NCBI GenBank assembly: GCA_964427735.1
Contig: CAYRUS010000003.1
Location: 1 to 47,839 of the forward strand
Reading direction: 5' to 3'
Length of the DNA: 47,839 nucleotides
Source: an uncultured Gammaproteobacteria bacterium
Lineage (GTDB): Bacteria; Patescibacteriota; Microgenomatia; UBA8517
Positions 9,581 to 17,143 of this stretch are shown piece by piece. Made by a program: the position numbers and the translations under genes. Under the pieces are notes generated by a model that searched no databases, was not told where the DNA came from, and worked only from the letters and a program-made list of their open reading frames with translations. The stretch's first letter is position 1. Each line of letters begins with the position of its first letter.

Positions 9581-9997
9581 TTATGGATTAGTAACACAAT
9601 AGTTACATGAACCAAGCGGACTACAACTTAGCGTGACAGTACAATTGTTTGGAGGATTGTTTTCCAGAAATGCTCCGAGGATATATTTGTAACATTTACC
9701 TCCTCCATCACAGGTCGCAGGATCTGCTCTGTAAGTATAAGAACCACCAGATGGATCATTTGGAAGCTTATTAATATAGTTTGGAGTTAAACTGCTATAT
9801 GCACTGTTATTCGGGTAATACCCATTATCAGACTTAAATAATTCAAGCGCTGATCTAATTGATTCCAGATCAGATTTTCTCTTTGCGTCTCGTGTTTGCA
9901 CTCTAGCATCCTGAAAATTTGAACCAATTAAAGCAAGCAATATTCCAATAATTGCAATCACAACTAAGAGCTCAACAAGTGTAAAACCTTTTCTCAT
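9581..9997 (-). CDS. Type IV pilin / GspG-like pseudopilin paralog
   Basis: MRKG|FTLVELLVVIAIIGILLALIG, followed by ARVQTRDAKRKSDLESIRSALELF (the shared RD.xRKSDL motif). Cys-rich C-terminus. Start set to the ATG at 9997. Confidence 0.85.
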   Translation of the reverse strand: MRKGFTLVELLVVIAIIGILLALIGSNFQDARVQTRDAKRKSDLESIRSALELFKSDNGYYPNNSAYSSLTPNYINKLPNDPSGGSYTYRADPATCDGGGKCYKYILGAFLENNPPNNCTVTLSCSPLGSCNYCVTNP

Positions 9998-10001
9998 AAA
10001 C

Positions 10002-10481
10002 TTATAATGGACAAAATGTACTAGGAACAGTATTTGTTGTCCCTGACTTACCATTCGAACAAGCTACCCAATATGTTCCATCTGATGTATCTTCTAGATT
10101 TGCCCATAGAAAATATTCCAACGCTGATGGATTACCACCAGAACCCGATCCACCAACGGTCCTGTAATAATAAATATTTGTTTTTAAAGGATCAGTAGGG
10201 CAACCACTTAAAGATAAATAATTACATAAAACAATACTAGCGTTTACCTGACCACTAGAAGCATTACTTCGTGGATAGTAACCATTATTATTATTTGCGT
10301 AAACCTCGATTGCATTTTGATAAAACTTAAGATCAGACTTCCTCTGTGTGTCCCTTGCAGTACTAAAAGTATCACCAAATCCAAATATAGCTAGCGCAAC
10401 AAGAATTCCCACGATAGAAATCACTATGAGTAATTCTATTAATGTAAATCCTTTTGTATATTTAAAATTACTTTTATTCAT
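10002..10481 (-). CDS. Type IV pilin paralog
   Basis: MNKSNFKYTKG|FTLIELLIVISIVGILVALAI, then ARDTQRKSDLKFY. Ends ..CPL like the neighbouring gene. Start set to the ATG at 10481. Confidence 0.85.
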   Translation of the reverse strand: MNKSNFKYTKGFTLIELLIVISIVGILVALAIFGFGDTFSTARDTQRKSDLKFYQNAIEVYANNNNGYYPRSNASSGQVNASIVLCNYLSLSGCPTDPLKTNIYYYRTVGGSGSGGNPSALEYFLWANLEDTSDGTYWVACSNGKSGTTNTVPSTFCPL

Positions 10482-10486
10482 ATAAA

Positions 10487-10966
10487 TTAAAGCGGACATA
10501 CACTGCTTGTTGGTGCTGAAGAAGACTCTCCAGAATTACCACCAGAACAAACTATCCAATATGTTGGTGTTGTTGATACTTCTAATTCAGCCCATAAAAC
10601 AAATTCCGTTGCCTGCGGCGCGCCATCTGAAGCAGTACCATTTGATCTGTACTTATAGGTTCTAACTATTGATGGAGGGTTATTTAGCGGATCTTCCGGA
10701 CATGCTGTTGTACCAATAGCAGAACATATAGTAGGTGAGACATCTCGAGTAGTTATATATTGTGGGTAAAACCCACTATTTTTAGATGCAAATTGACTAA
10801 GAGATGTTCTGTACTGAGCTAAATCAGATTTTCTTTGAGTGTCTCTGGCTCTTTCTCTTATGCTGCTATAGTTTGCAACCAATATAACGGCTAATATTCC
10901 TATTATGGAAATCACAACTAAGAGCTCTATGAGTGTAAAACCTTTATATTTATGCACCATATTCAT
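10487..10966 (-). CDS. Type IV pilin paralog (close duplicate of 10002..10481)
   Basis: ..HKYKG|FTLIELLVVISIIGILAVILV, then ARDTQRKSDLAQY. C-terminus YWIVCSGGNSG..VCPL parallels YWVACSNGKSG..FCPL in the neighbour. Confidence 0.85.
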   Translation of the reverse strand: MNMVHKYKGFTLIELLVVISIIGILAVILVANYSSIRERARDTQRKSDLAQYRTSLSQFASKNSGFYPQYITTRDVSPTICSAIGTTACPEDPLNNPPSIVRTYKYRSNGTASDGAPQATEFVLWAELEVSTTPTYWIVCSGGNSGESSSAPTSSVCPL

Positions 10967-10976
10967 AATAGCACTT

Positions 10977-11513
10977 TTAATAAACCTCTGTTGGTGTTGT
11001 ATTCGAACTAGTTATAGCAAAGTTGCAACTTGCTGGACCCTCACCACAATCCAAACTAAATGACTGATAAAAAGGATCATTATCATTCTCTAAAATTGAA
11101 TATAGTTGAAATTTTTGAAAGGTCGAATCTGTTCTGTAAAAATAGTTAAATCCACGCGGGTCGACTGGAAGCTCACTAAAATATACTTTTCCTTCTGTGT
11201 CTTGGAATGGGTCGTTGGGATCACCCCAATTACAAGCACTGCCTAAACCTGTACTTACATTGAAATCACAACCCATTATTTGTCCGGATCCATTGCCAGA
11301 GGGATATCTGTTATGGTCATTATGAAATATCTCGAGAGCATTGGCTACTTGTCTTAGATCAGATTTTCTTTGAGCGTCCCTTGCTTTAATCTGAGAACTA
11401 GCAAATGTGGATGCCGCAATAGTTGCTAGTATTCCAATTATTGCAATTACAACAAGAAGTTCAATTAGAGTAAATCCAGCTTCTTTCAGCTTATAGATTT
11501 TATGAGCAGGCAT
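10977..11513 (-). CDS. Type IV pilin paralog
   Basis: ..KLKEAG|FTLIELLVVIAIIGILATIAAS, then ARDAQRKSDLRQVANALEIF. Confidence 0.85.
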   Translation of the reverse strand: MPAHKIYKLKEAGFTLIELLVVIAIIGILATIAASTFASSQIKARDAQRKSDLRQVANALEIFHNDHNRYPSGNGSGQIMGCDFNVSTGLGSACNWGDPNDPFQDTEGKVYFSELPVDPRGFNYFYRTDSTFQKFQLYSILENDNDPFYQSFSLDCGEGPASCNFAITSSNTTPTEVY

Positions 11514-11538
11514 ATATTACATTTTGATATGCTTAAAG

Positions 11539-12123
11539 TTATTTTTCAATAGGTATATTGCTAATTCTATAATCACACAAGTCAAGTCCACAATCTACAC
11601 CTAAAGTTTCTATATTTTTACCTGTTTCTTCAAGAGTATTTGTCTCCATGTCAGCAAATAGTTGATAATTATTACCATCAGAAATGTAATAGTAATTTCT
11701 TCCTGACTCTGATAAGGGATCATTAGGAATTACATCCAAAAGTTTTGGACTAGAACTATTTTCTAAATCAGATAGTAAGGAGTCTTTCCCCCAAAAACAA
11801 CCTCGAGCTTTATTTTCTAATTCTTGGTAAGGGTTTTCAAGATGTGACAAATTTGCGATACTCAAACTCGAATCATTTCCTGACTCATCTACTACACACG
11901 CCTTTATCATTCCATTTTCAGAGGGGGGATAGGTATTATAGTTTTTATTAAATTTAATTAACGCTTCTTCTACAGCACTTAAGTGGTCTCTCCTGTCAAT
12001 ATCACGTTCTCTTTTAAATGAGAAAAGAATATTTATATAAGTTGTGAGAAATAAAAACAGTAAAATACTTAATATTATTAGGAATTCGTTTTTCTTAAAA
12101 AAGAGCATAAGTAAATTATACAA
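11539..12123 (-). CDS. Pilin-like protein with degenerate (probably uncleavable) N-terminus
   Basis: FFKKNEFLIILSILLFLFL aligns with KG|FTLIELL but has Asn for Gly-1 and Ile for Glu+5. It keeps the pilin-body motif RERDIDRRDHLSAVEEALIKF. Confidence 0.6.
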   Translation of the reverse strand: MYNLLMLFFKKNEFLIILSILLFLFLTTYINILFSFKRERDIDRRDHLSAVEEALIKFNKNYNTYPPSENGMIKACVVDESGNDSSLSIANLSHLENPYQELENKARGCFWGKDSLLSDLENSSSPKLLDVIPNDPLSESGRNYYYISDGNNYQLFADMETNTLEETGKNIETLGVDCGLDLCDYRISNIPIEK

Positions 12124-12128
12124 TACCC

Positions 12129-12572
12129 TTAAGGGCGTGGAGCACTAGGGCTGCGAACATAAAAATTATAGTTGTTACCGGGACCACATCCGGTAGGACA
12201 GCCACGTTCTTCAATTAATGGGTTTTTGTCGTTAGTGAATTTAGTATAAATACGATACCAGTCAGGGCAGGAAGGATTTGCGGGATTTACCTCATATACA
12301 TAACTTGCATCAGTTGAAGGGTCACAAGGTATTTTGTTTATATAAGGGCGCCATGCATCACCAGGGTTACAAGCAGGCATTGATGTGGGGTAGCAACTAG
12401 TATCTGTTACCATATCTTCTAACGTCTTTTGGATTGTATTCATATCAGAAACTTTACGACCGTCTATGCCTTTGTTTATTTGGGTTGTGTAATTAGTTAT
12501 CACCAAAGTTGCAAGTATGCCAACAATAGCAACAACAATAAGAATTTCAATTAATGTCAGTCCTTTATTCAT
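12129..12572 (-). CDS. Type IV pilin paralog
   Basis: MNKG|LTLIEILIVVAIVGILATLVI. Cys-rich C-terminal globular part. Immediately downstream of pilD. Confidence 0.85.
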   Translation of the reverse strand: MNKGLTLIEILIVVAIVGILATLVITNYTTQINKGIDGRKVSDMNTIQKTLEDMVTDTSCYPTSMPACNPGDAWRPYINKIPCDPSTDASYVYEVNPANPSCPDWYRIYTKFTNDKNPLIEERGCPTGCGPGNNYNFYVRSPSAPRP

Positions 12573-12574
12573 TT

Positions 12575-13393
12575 CTACAAGAAAAATAAACCTTTAACAT
12601 ATTTACTAAAAACGATTATTATAAATAATGATATAACTAAAAATGGTCCAAAAGCTATTTTGCTTTTAAATGAGCTTTTACCCGTTAAAATAAGTATTAT
12701 TCCAACAATCCCCCCAGTCAAGAAGCTCAAATAAAGCCAATAAATAAAAAACGGCCAGCCCAAAAAAGTACCAACAGGAATAGCAAACTTAACATCTCCC
12801 AACCCCATACCTGCACCTTTCGTAGCTAAAGCAATCATCAGCAAAACAAAAGCTGCTATAAAACCTGTCAATAGCCTTAAGTATAAGTCAGGGAAGGGAA
12901 GTAGCATAATTGGAAGATACGTCAAAATAAGAAAAGCAAATGTAAGTTCATCAGGAATTATTTGATGCTCCCAATCTATAATTAATATTGCAAAGAGAAT
13001 TAAAAAAATAGCAAAATAATAAGGTAGAGAAACAATACCTAAATAATTTTGATATTCACATACTATATGACCTTGCGAGGAAACTCCTTGCAAGGTATTC
13101 GCACAATAATTGTAAAGATGAAATATTACAACAAAACCTAAACCGCAAGCTAGTTCAATTAACGGATATCTGATTGAAATAGCTTTTTTGCAATACCTAC
13201 ATTTTCCTTTTAGAAAACCATAGGAAATCAAGGGAATGTTATCATACCATTGGATAGTTTTTTTACAATTAGGACAAATAGATCGTCCTTTGGAAATTGG
13301 TTTGTTTTCCACTAATCTCCAAGTCAGAGAAGTCAAAAAAGATCCAAATATAAGTCCAAATACAAAAATAAACAAATATAATATTAAATTCAT
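12575..13393 (-). CDS. pilD: Prepilin peptidase / N-methyltransferase (A24 family)
   Basis: N-terminal TM, then the Zn-binding CPNCKKTIQWYDNIPLISYGFLKGKCRYCKK. Polytopic membrane body with ..GMGLGDVKF.. (catalytic Asp context). Confidence 0.9.
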   Translation of the reverse strand: MNLILYLFIFVFGLIFGSFLTSLTWRLVENKPISKGRSICPNCKKTIQWYDNIPLISYGFLKGKCRYCKKAISIRYPLIELACGLGFVVIFHLYNYCANTLQGVSSQGHIVCEYQNYLGIVSLPYYFAIFLILFAILIIDWEHQIIPDELTFAFLILTYLPIMLLPFPDLYLRLLTGFIAAFVLLMIALATKGAGMGLGDVKFAIPVGTFLGWPFFIYWLYLSFLTGGIVGIILILTGKSSFKSKIAFGPFLVISLFIIIVFSKYVKGLFFL

Positions 13394-13468
13394 CTATTTA
13401 ATCATGAAGAAATCTTTATGTATATGCAAGGATTAATATATTTTATTCTTTACTAAATATACATTTAG

Positions 13469-13981
13469 CTACTGGATACAGTACCAAGCAGTTTCTATAT
13501 TGTCACAAGCAATAGGCGGAAAGTCTGAAGGAGGATTTGCCTCACATCTATACCTTGCTTCTTGTTGAAAGGGAAGGGACAGAGGGCTAAAACAAATATA
13601 AATCTCACTATCTAGAAAATCGAGTGAATAGATCATTAATGAGTTATAATCCTCGGATGAGATTGTATTTGCAAAACTTTTGCTTAAGTATTTACCTTCA
13701 TCGTCTACTAATTTGTCTAAAATTATTTCACCGTTATTGGTTTTCCACTCTTTGTCAACTTTAATCCAATCAAGTTTTCTATCGTTATAAAATTCAGTCT
13801 CCCAAGGAGAGATACCGGTTATCTCTTTATATACACTAAGAGCATTTTTTAAAGTAAAAGCATCTTTTCTTGTTTCTATGTCAGAAGCTTTTAATTCTTC
13901 TCCTTTCGGATTTACAGCTATAAAAAGTACAGCAACAAATAAAAGAAATAATACAAAGACCTTCAAATAATCTCTTTTCAT
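13469..13981 (-). CDS. Paralog of the adjacent major-pilin candidate that lacks the prepilin cleavage motif (ordinary signal/anchor N-terminus)
   Basis: IAVNPKGEELKASDIETRKDAFTLKNALSVYKE aligns with AALNPVEQINKSRDSASVADAEQLKNAVDRYYA of 14102..14653. The C-terminal Cys pattern YICF..C..C..YC is shared. No G|FTLIE. Confidence 0.6.
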   Translation of the reverse strand: MKRDYLKVFVLFLLFVAVLFIAVNPKGEELKASDIETRKDAFTLKNALSVYKEITGISPWETEFYNDRKLDWIKVDKEWKTNNGEIILDKLVDDEGKYLSKSFANTISSEDYNSLMIYSLDFLDSEIYICFSPLSLPFQQEARYRCEANPPSDFPPIACDNIETAWYCIQ

Positions 13982-14048
13982 ACTCTAATTATATTATACG
14001 GTATATTCCTGATGTGTGTAATTCAACTGGAAGATTAAATCTATTGTC

Positions 14049-14076
14049 AAAAAAATAATCTCTATATAAGAGATTA
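14049..14076 (-). terminator. Rho-independent terminator after the major-pilin candidate
   Basis: On the minus strand, TAATCTCT-tatat-AGAGATTA forms a perfect 8-bp stem followed by TTTTTTT. It lies 26 nt downstream of the stop of 14102..14653. Confidence 0.6.
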
Positions 14077-14101
14077 CATATTTATCTAAATATATTTTAC
14101 T

Positions 14102-14653
14102 TTATGGTAAGCAGTAAAAATTTTCTCCTGGTACTCCTGTGCAGGCTGAGCTTGGATAATCAGAAATACCTGAAGCACATTTCTCATCTGCATTATCATT
14201 AAATTCCTTTGATTGTGGTTTGAAACAAACATATGTAGTAGCAATGCTACCTGTACCTCTTTCTAGGAATAGGTCGTTATAGTTTGTACTTCTCACCTTT
14301 GTTACAAAGCTTGGTTGAAGCTCTCCAGTATCTTGAGATAACGAATCTAATACTTGCTTAGTGCCATTAGTAAATGTATTACTACTGACATCAATCCAAC
14401 CTTGTGCCTGATCCACAGTAGGACTATCTTTCCATGGGTAATAGTGCTTAGAGGCATAGTACCTATCAACTGCATTCTTTAATTGTTCTGCGTCAGCTAC
14501 ACTAGCTGAATCCCGAGATTTATTGATTTGTTCAACAGGGTTTAGTGCAGCAAGTACAGCAATAGCTAAAATACCTATGATTGCAATTACTATGAGAAGT
14601 TCTATTAAAGTAAAACCTTTTGTTATTTTTGAAGTGATTTTATTGGCAGACAT
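14102..14653 (-). CDS. pilA: Type IV pilin, candidate major pilin
   Basis: ..SKITKG|FTLIELLIVIAIIGILAIAVLAAL. First pilin gene after pilC. Has its own near-consensus promoter upstream and a terminator downstream. Confidence 0.75.
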   Translation of the reverse strand: MSANKITSKITKGFTLIELLIVIAIIGILAIAVLAALNPVEQINKSRDSASVADAEQLKNAVDRYYASKHYYPWKDSPTVDQAQGWIDVSSNTFTNGTKQVLDSLSQDTGELQPSFVTKVRSTNYNDLFLERGTGSIATTYVCFKPQSKEFNDNADEKCASGISDYPSSACTGVPGENFYCLP

Positions 14654-14690
14654 ATATGAAAATTTATTAATATTTCCTCACTATTAATTC

Positions 14691-14720
14691 ACTATAAACA
14701 TTAATGATATCTCTTGTCAA
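14691..14720 (-). promoter_or_regulatory. Sigma70-like promoter for the major-pilin candidate (TTGACA-18 nt-TATAGT)
   Basis: Minus-strand -35 TTGACA (plus-strand 14715-14720) and -10 TATAGT (14691-14696), in the 180-bp gap between pilC and the pilin gene. Confidence 0.45.
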
Positions 14721-14833
14721 CAAGTAATTTAGCCTTAAAAAATTGCAGTTCTTAAACCTAAGATAAAACAAATAATTTACAACTAACAATTTTGAAAAAG
14801 TTATGACTCCTAACCCAAACGATTAAAAATAAC

Positions 14834-16039
14834 CTAAATTTGTGTTGTTAAATTGTAAATAGGTAAGATTATAGAAATCACCAGAAATCCAACTCCAATC
14901 CCGAGCAATACCATAATTAAAGGTTCTACCGCAGAAGTAAGCGCCTTTACTTTTTGCTCTGATTCAACTTCAAATACATGGCTTACTTTACTTAACACTT
15001 CATCCATTTTTCCTGTTTCTTCACCCACTGCAATCATCTGAGTAAGTAAAAAAGGGAAAGCATCGGGATGTTTAGCAAACGCATAGGCAACAGGAAAACC
15101 TTTTTCTACTTTTTTGGCTGAATCATATAATGCATCTGCTATCACAACATTTTTAACAGCATCTGCAGAAATATTTATGCCTTCTAAAATTGATACTCCT
15201 GCACCAACCATCAAACTCAGTGTTCTAGTTAGCTCAGTTAAAATAACTTGCCTTTGTAGTTCTCCAACAATTGGAATTCTAAAAATCAATTCATCAATTT
15301 TTCGTGCCCCTGATGTTGTCTTTTTATATTGGATAAACAAATAAATACCAATCCCAATAATAATAAAGAGTAACCACCAAAAATTAGCCATTGTACTCGA
15401 TACAGCAATCAATACTTTAGTAGGCAGTGGGAGCTCAGCTTCAAAATCTTCGTAAAGAGCTGTCAAACGAGGTATAACAAAGATCATCATTATAAAAGCT
15501 ACGGCTATCATACCTATGATTATTATGACTGGGTAAATAAGTGCACCTTTAACCTTCCCTCTAAACTCTCTTTGGTTTTCTAAATTATCTGCAAGTCTTA
15601 ACAAAACTTCGTCAAGAACTCCACCAAGCTCACCTGATTTTATTAAGGCGATATAGGTTTTGCTAAATACTTTAGTATGCTTACTCATGGCATTAGACAA
15701 ACTTTCACCGCCCTCTACATCAGCAAGAATCTGAGCAATAACTTTTTGCATAGTACCTGATGATTGATTCCTTAATATTAAAAGTGCGTCTGTAATAGGA
15801 AGACCTGCATTAAGCATGGTTGATAGTTGTCGTGTGAAATCAACAATGTCACTAAAGTTTATTCTATTTTTAAAAAAATCCAGGAAAAAAAACAGTCCTC
15901 CCGTTCGAGAACTTAGTGATATAACGACATATCCACGCTTTCGAATTAATCTTGCTGCAGCATCTTCGCTTGACGCCTCAACCTCACCGGTTATCAACCT
16001 GCCATGTTGATCTTTTGCTTTGTAGACAAATCTTTTCAT
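14834..16039 (-). CDS. pilC: Type IV pilus platform protein PilC (GspF family)
   Basis: 401 aa. Duplicated T2SS-F repeats (FTRQLSTMLNAGLPITDAL and LTRTLSLMVGAGVSILEGI). Three TM blocks. Confidence 0.9.
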   Translation of the reverse strand: MKRFVYKAKDQHGRLITGEVEASSEDAAARLIRKRGYVVISLSSRTGGLFFFLDFFKNRINFSDIVDFTRQLSTMLNAGLPITDALLILRNQSSGTMQKVIAQILADVEGGESLSNAMSKHTKVFSKTYIALIKSGELGGVLDEVLLRLADNLENQREFRGKVKGALIYPVIIIIGMIAVAFIMMIFVIPRLTALYEDFEAELPLPTKVLIAVSSTMANFWWLLFIIIGIGIYLFIQYKKTTSGARKIDELIFRIPIVGELQRQVILTELTRTLSLMVGAGVSILEGINISADAVKNVVIADALYDSAKKVEKGFPVAYAFAKHPDAFPFLLTQMIAVGEETGKMDEVLSKVSHVFEVESEQKVKALTSAVEPLIMVLLGIGVGFLVISIILPIYNLTTQI

Positions 16040-16047
16040 ATACGGAG

Positions 16048-17112
16048 TTATCTGCTACCACCTGACACTAATCTTCTTAATTCCTCAGGTCTAAGGGAGT
16101 AATTTTGAGCAACTGAAAGTGAAACTGTTCCATCTTTAACATGTCGAGCAAGAGAAGCTTCCAGTGGAGCCATACCAGCTTCTTGAGATGTTTGGATTAT
16201 ATTATCAATCTGATGAGTTTTACCTTCTCGAATAGTAGTCTTTATGGCGGAAGTACCAAGAAGAATTTCGTATGCTACTACACGTTTACCAGTAACTGAA
16301 GGTACAAGCCTCATAGAGAAAACAGCCTCAAGAACATTTGATAGTTGGAGTTTGACCTGCCCTTGTTGTTCATCAGGAAAAACATCCACTATACGATCTA
16401 CTGTTTGTGCAGCTGAATTAGTGTGTAAAGTAGCAAATACAAGATGTCCAGTTTCAGCAATTGTTATTGCTGAGGCAATTGTTTCGTAATCGCGCATTTC
16501 TCCAACCAAAACAACATCCGGATCTTCTCTAAGTGCACTCCTTAATGCAATTTGCCATGAATGAGTATCTTGTCCCATTTCTCGTTGAGAAATAATTGAT
16601 TTTTCAGGAGTAAAAACAAACTCTACGGGATCTTCAATAGTAACAATATGTTCTGCTCTTGTTTTGTTTATTTCATTTAACATTGCTGCTAATGTAGTTG
16701 ATTTTCCGTGTCCCGTTGGACCAGTAACAAGAATTAACCCTTGTCGCAGTGAAGTAAATGAATGAAGTATAGGTGGCAATCCTAATGAATCTATGTTTGG
16801 CACCACCAAAGGTATCTTTCTAAAAGCAGCTGCCAAGCTGTTTTTTTGTGTATAAACATTAACCCTAAACCTGGCTTTATCTGTAAATGTTACTGACAAA
16901 TCCAATTCTTTGTTTACACTAAGTCTTTCTATCTGTTCTGTAGTCAAAACACTGCTAATAAGAGACTTTGTATTCTCAGGTGTTAGTACAGGAGCATTGG
17001 GAACTTGTTCCAGTTGACCTTCTACTCGAAGAGTAGGGGGTATACCTGAAACTATGTGTAAATCTGAGGCATTTCTATCAACCGTTAACTGTAGTAGGTC
17101 TTTTATGTCCAT
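16048..17112 (-). CDS. pilT: Pilus retraction ATPase PilT
   Basis: MDIKDLLQLTVDRNASDLHI.. Walker A GPTGHGKST, Walker B/Asp box VVLVGEMRD, His box ATLHT. 354 aa, typical PilT size. Confidence 0.9.
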   Translation of the reverse strand: MDIKDLLQLTVDRNASDLHIVSGIPPTLRVEGQLEQVPNAPVLTPENTKSLISSVLTTEQIERLSVNKELDLSVTFTDKARFRVNVYTQKNSLAAAFRKIPLVVPNIDSLGLPPILHSFTSLRQGLILVTGPTGHGKSTTLAAMLNEINKTRAEHIVTIEDPVEFVFTPEKSIISQREMGQDTHSWQIALRSALREDPDVVLVGEMRDYETIASAITIAETGHLVFATLHTNSAAQTVDRIVDVFPDEQQGQVKLQLSNVLEAVFSMRLVPSVTGKRVVAYEILLGTSAIKTTIREGKTHQIDNIIQTSQEAGMAPLEASLARHVKDGTVSLSVAQNYSLRPEELRRLVSGGSR

Positions 17113-17143
17113 TGTAAATTTTTACTTGTTAATATCCATTTAA

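Noticed and set aside
9998-10054. Long N-terminal extensions of ORF-track entries: 9581..10054, 10002..10499, 8046..8561, 28651..29391, 32697..33098, 37489..38328, 18877..19551, 38649..39344, 39713..41044
   Set aside because: In each case an internal ATG lies 1-6 nt after the upstream gene's stop, or gives the canonical family N-terminus (for example MRKGFTLVEL, MSGHSKW, MDITYLGH). The extension overlaps the neighbouring gene or a terminator T-run. Starts were moved accordingly.
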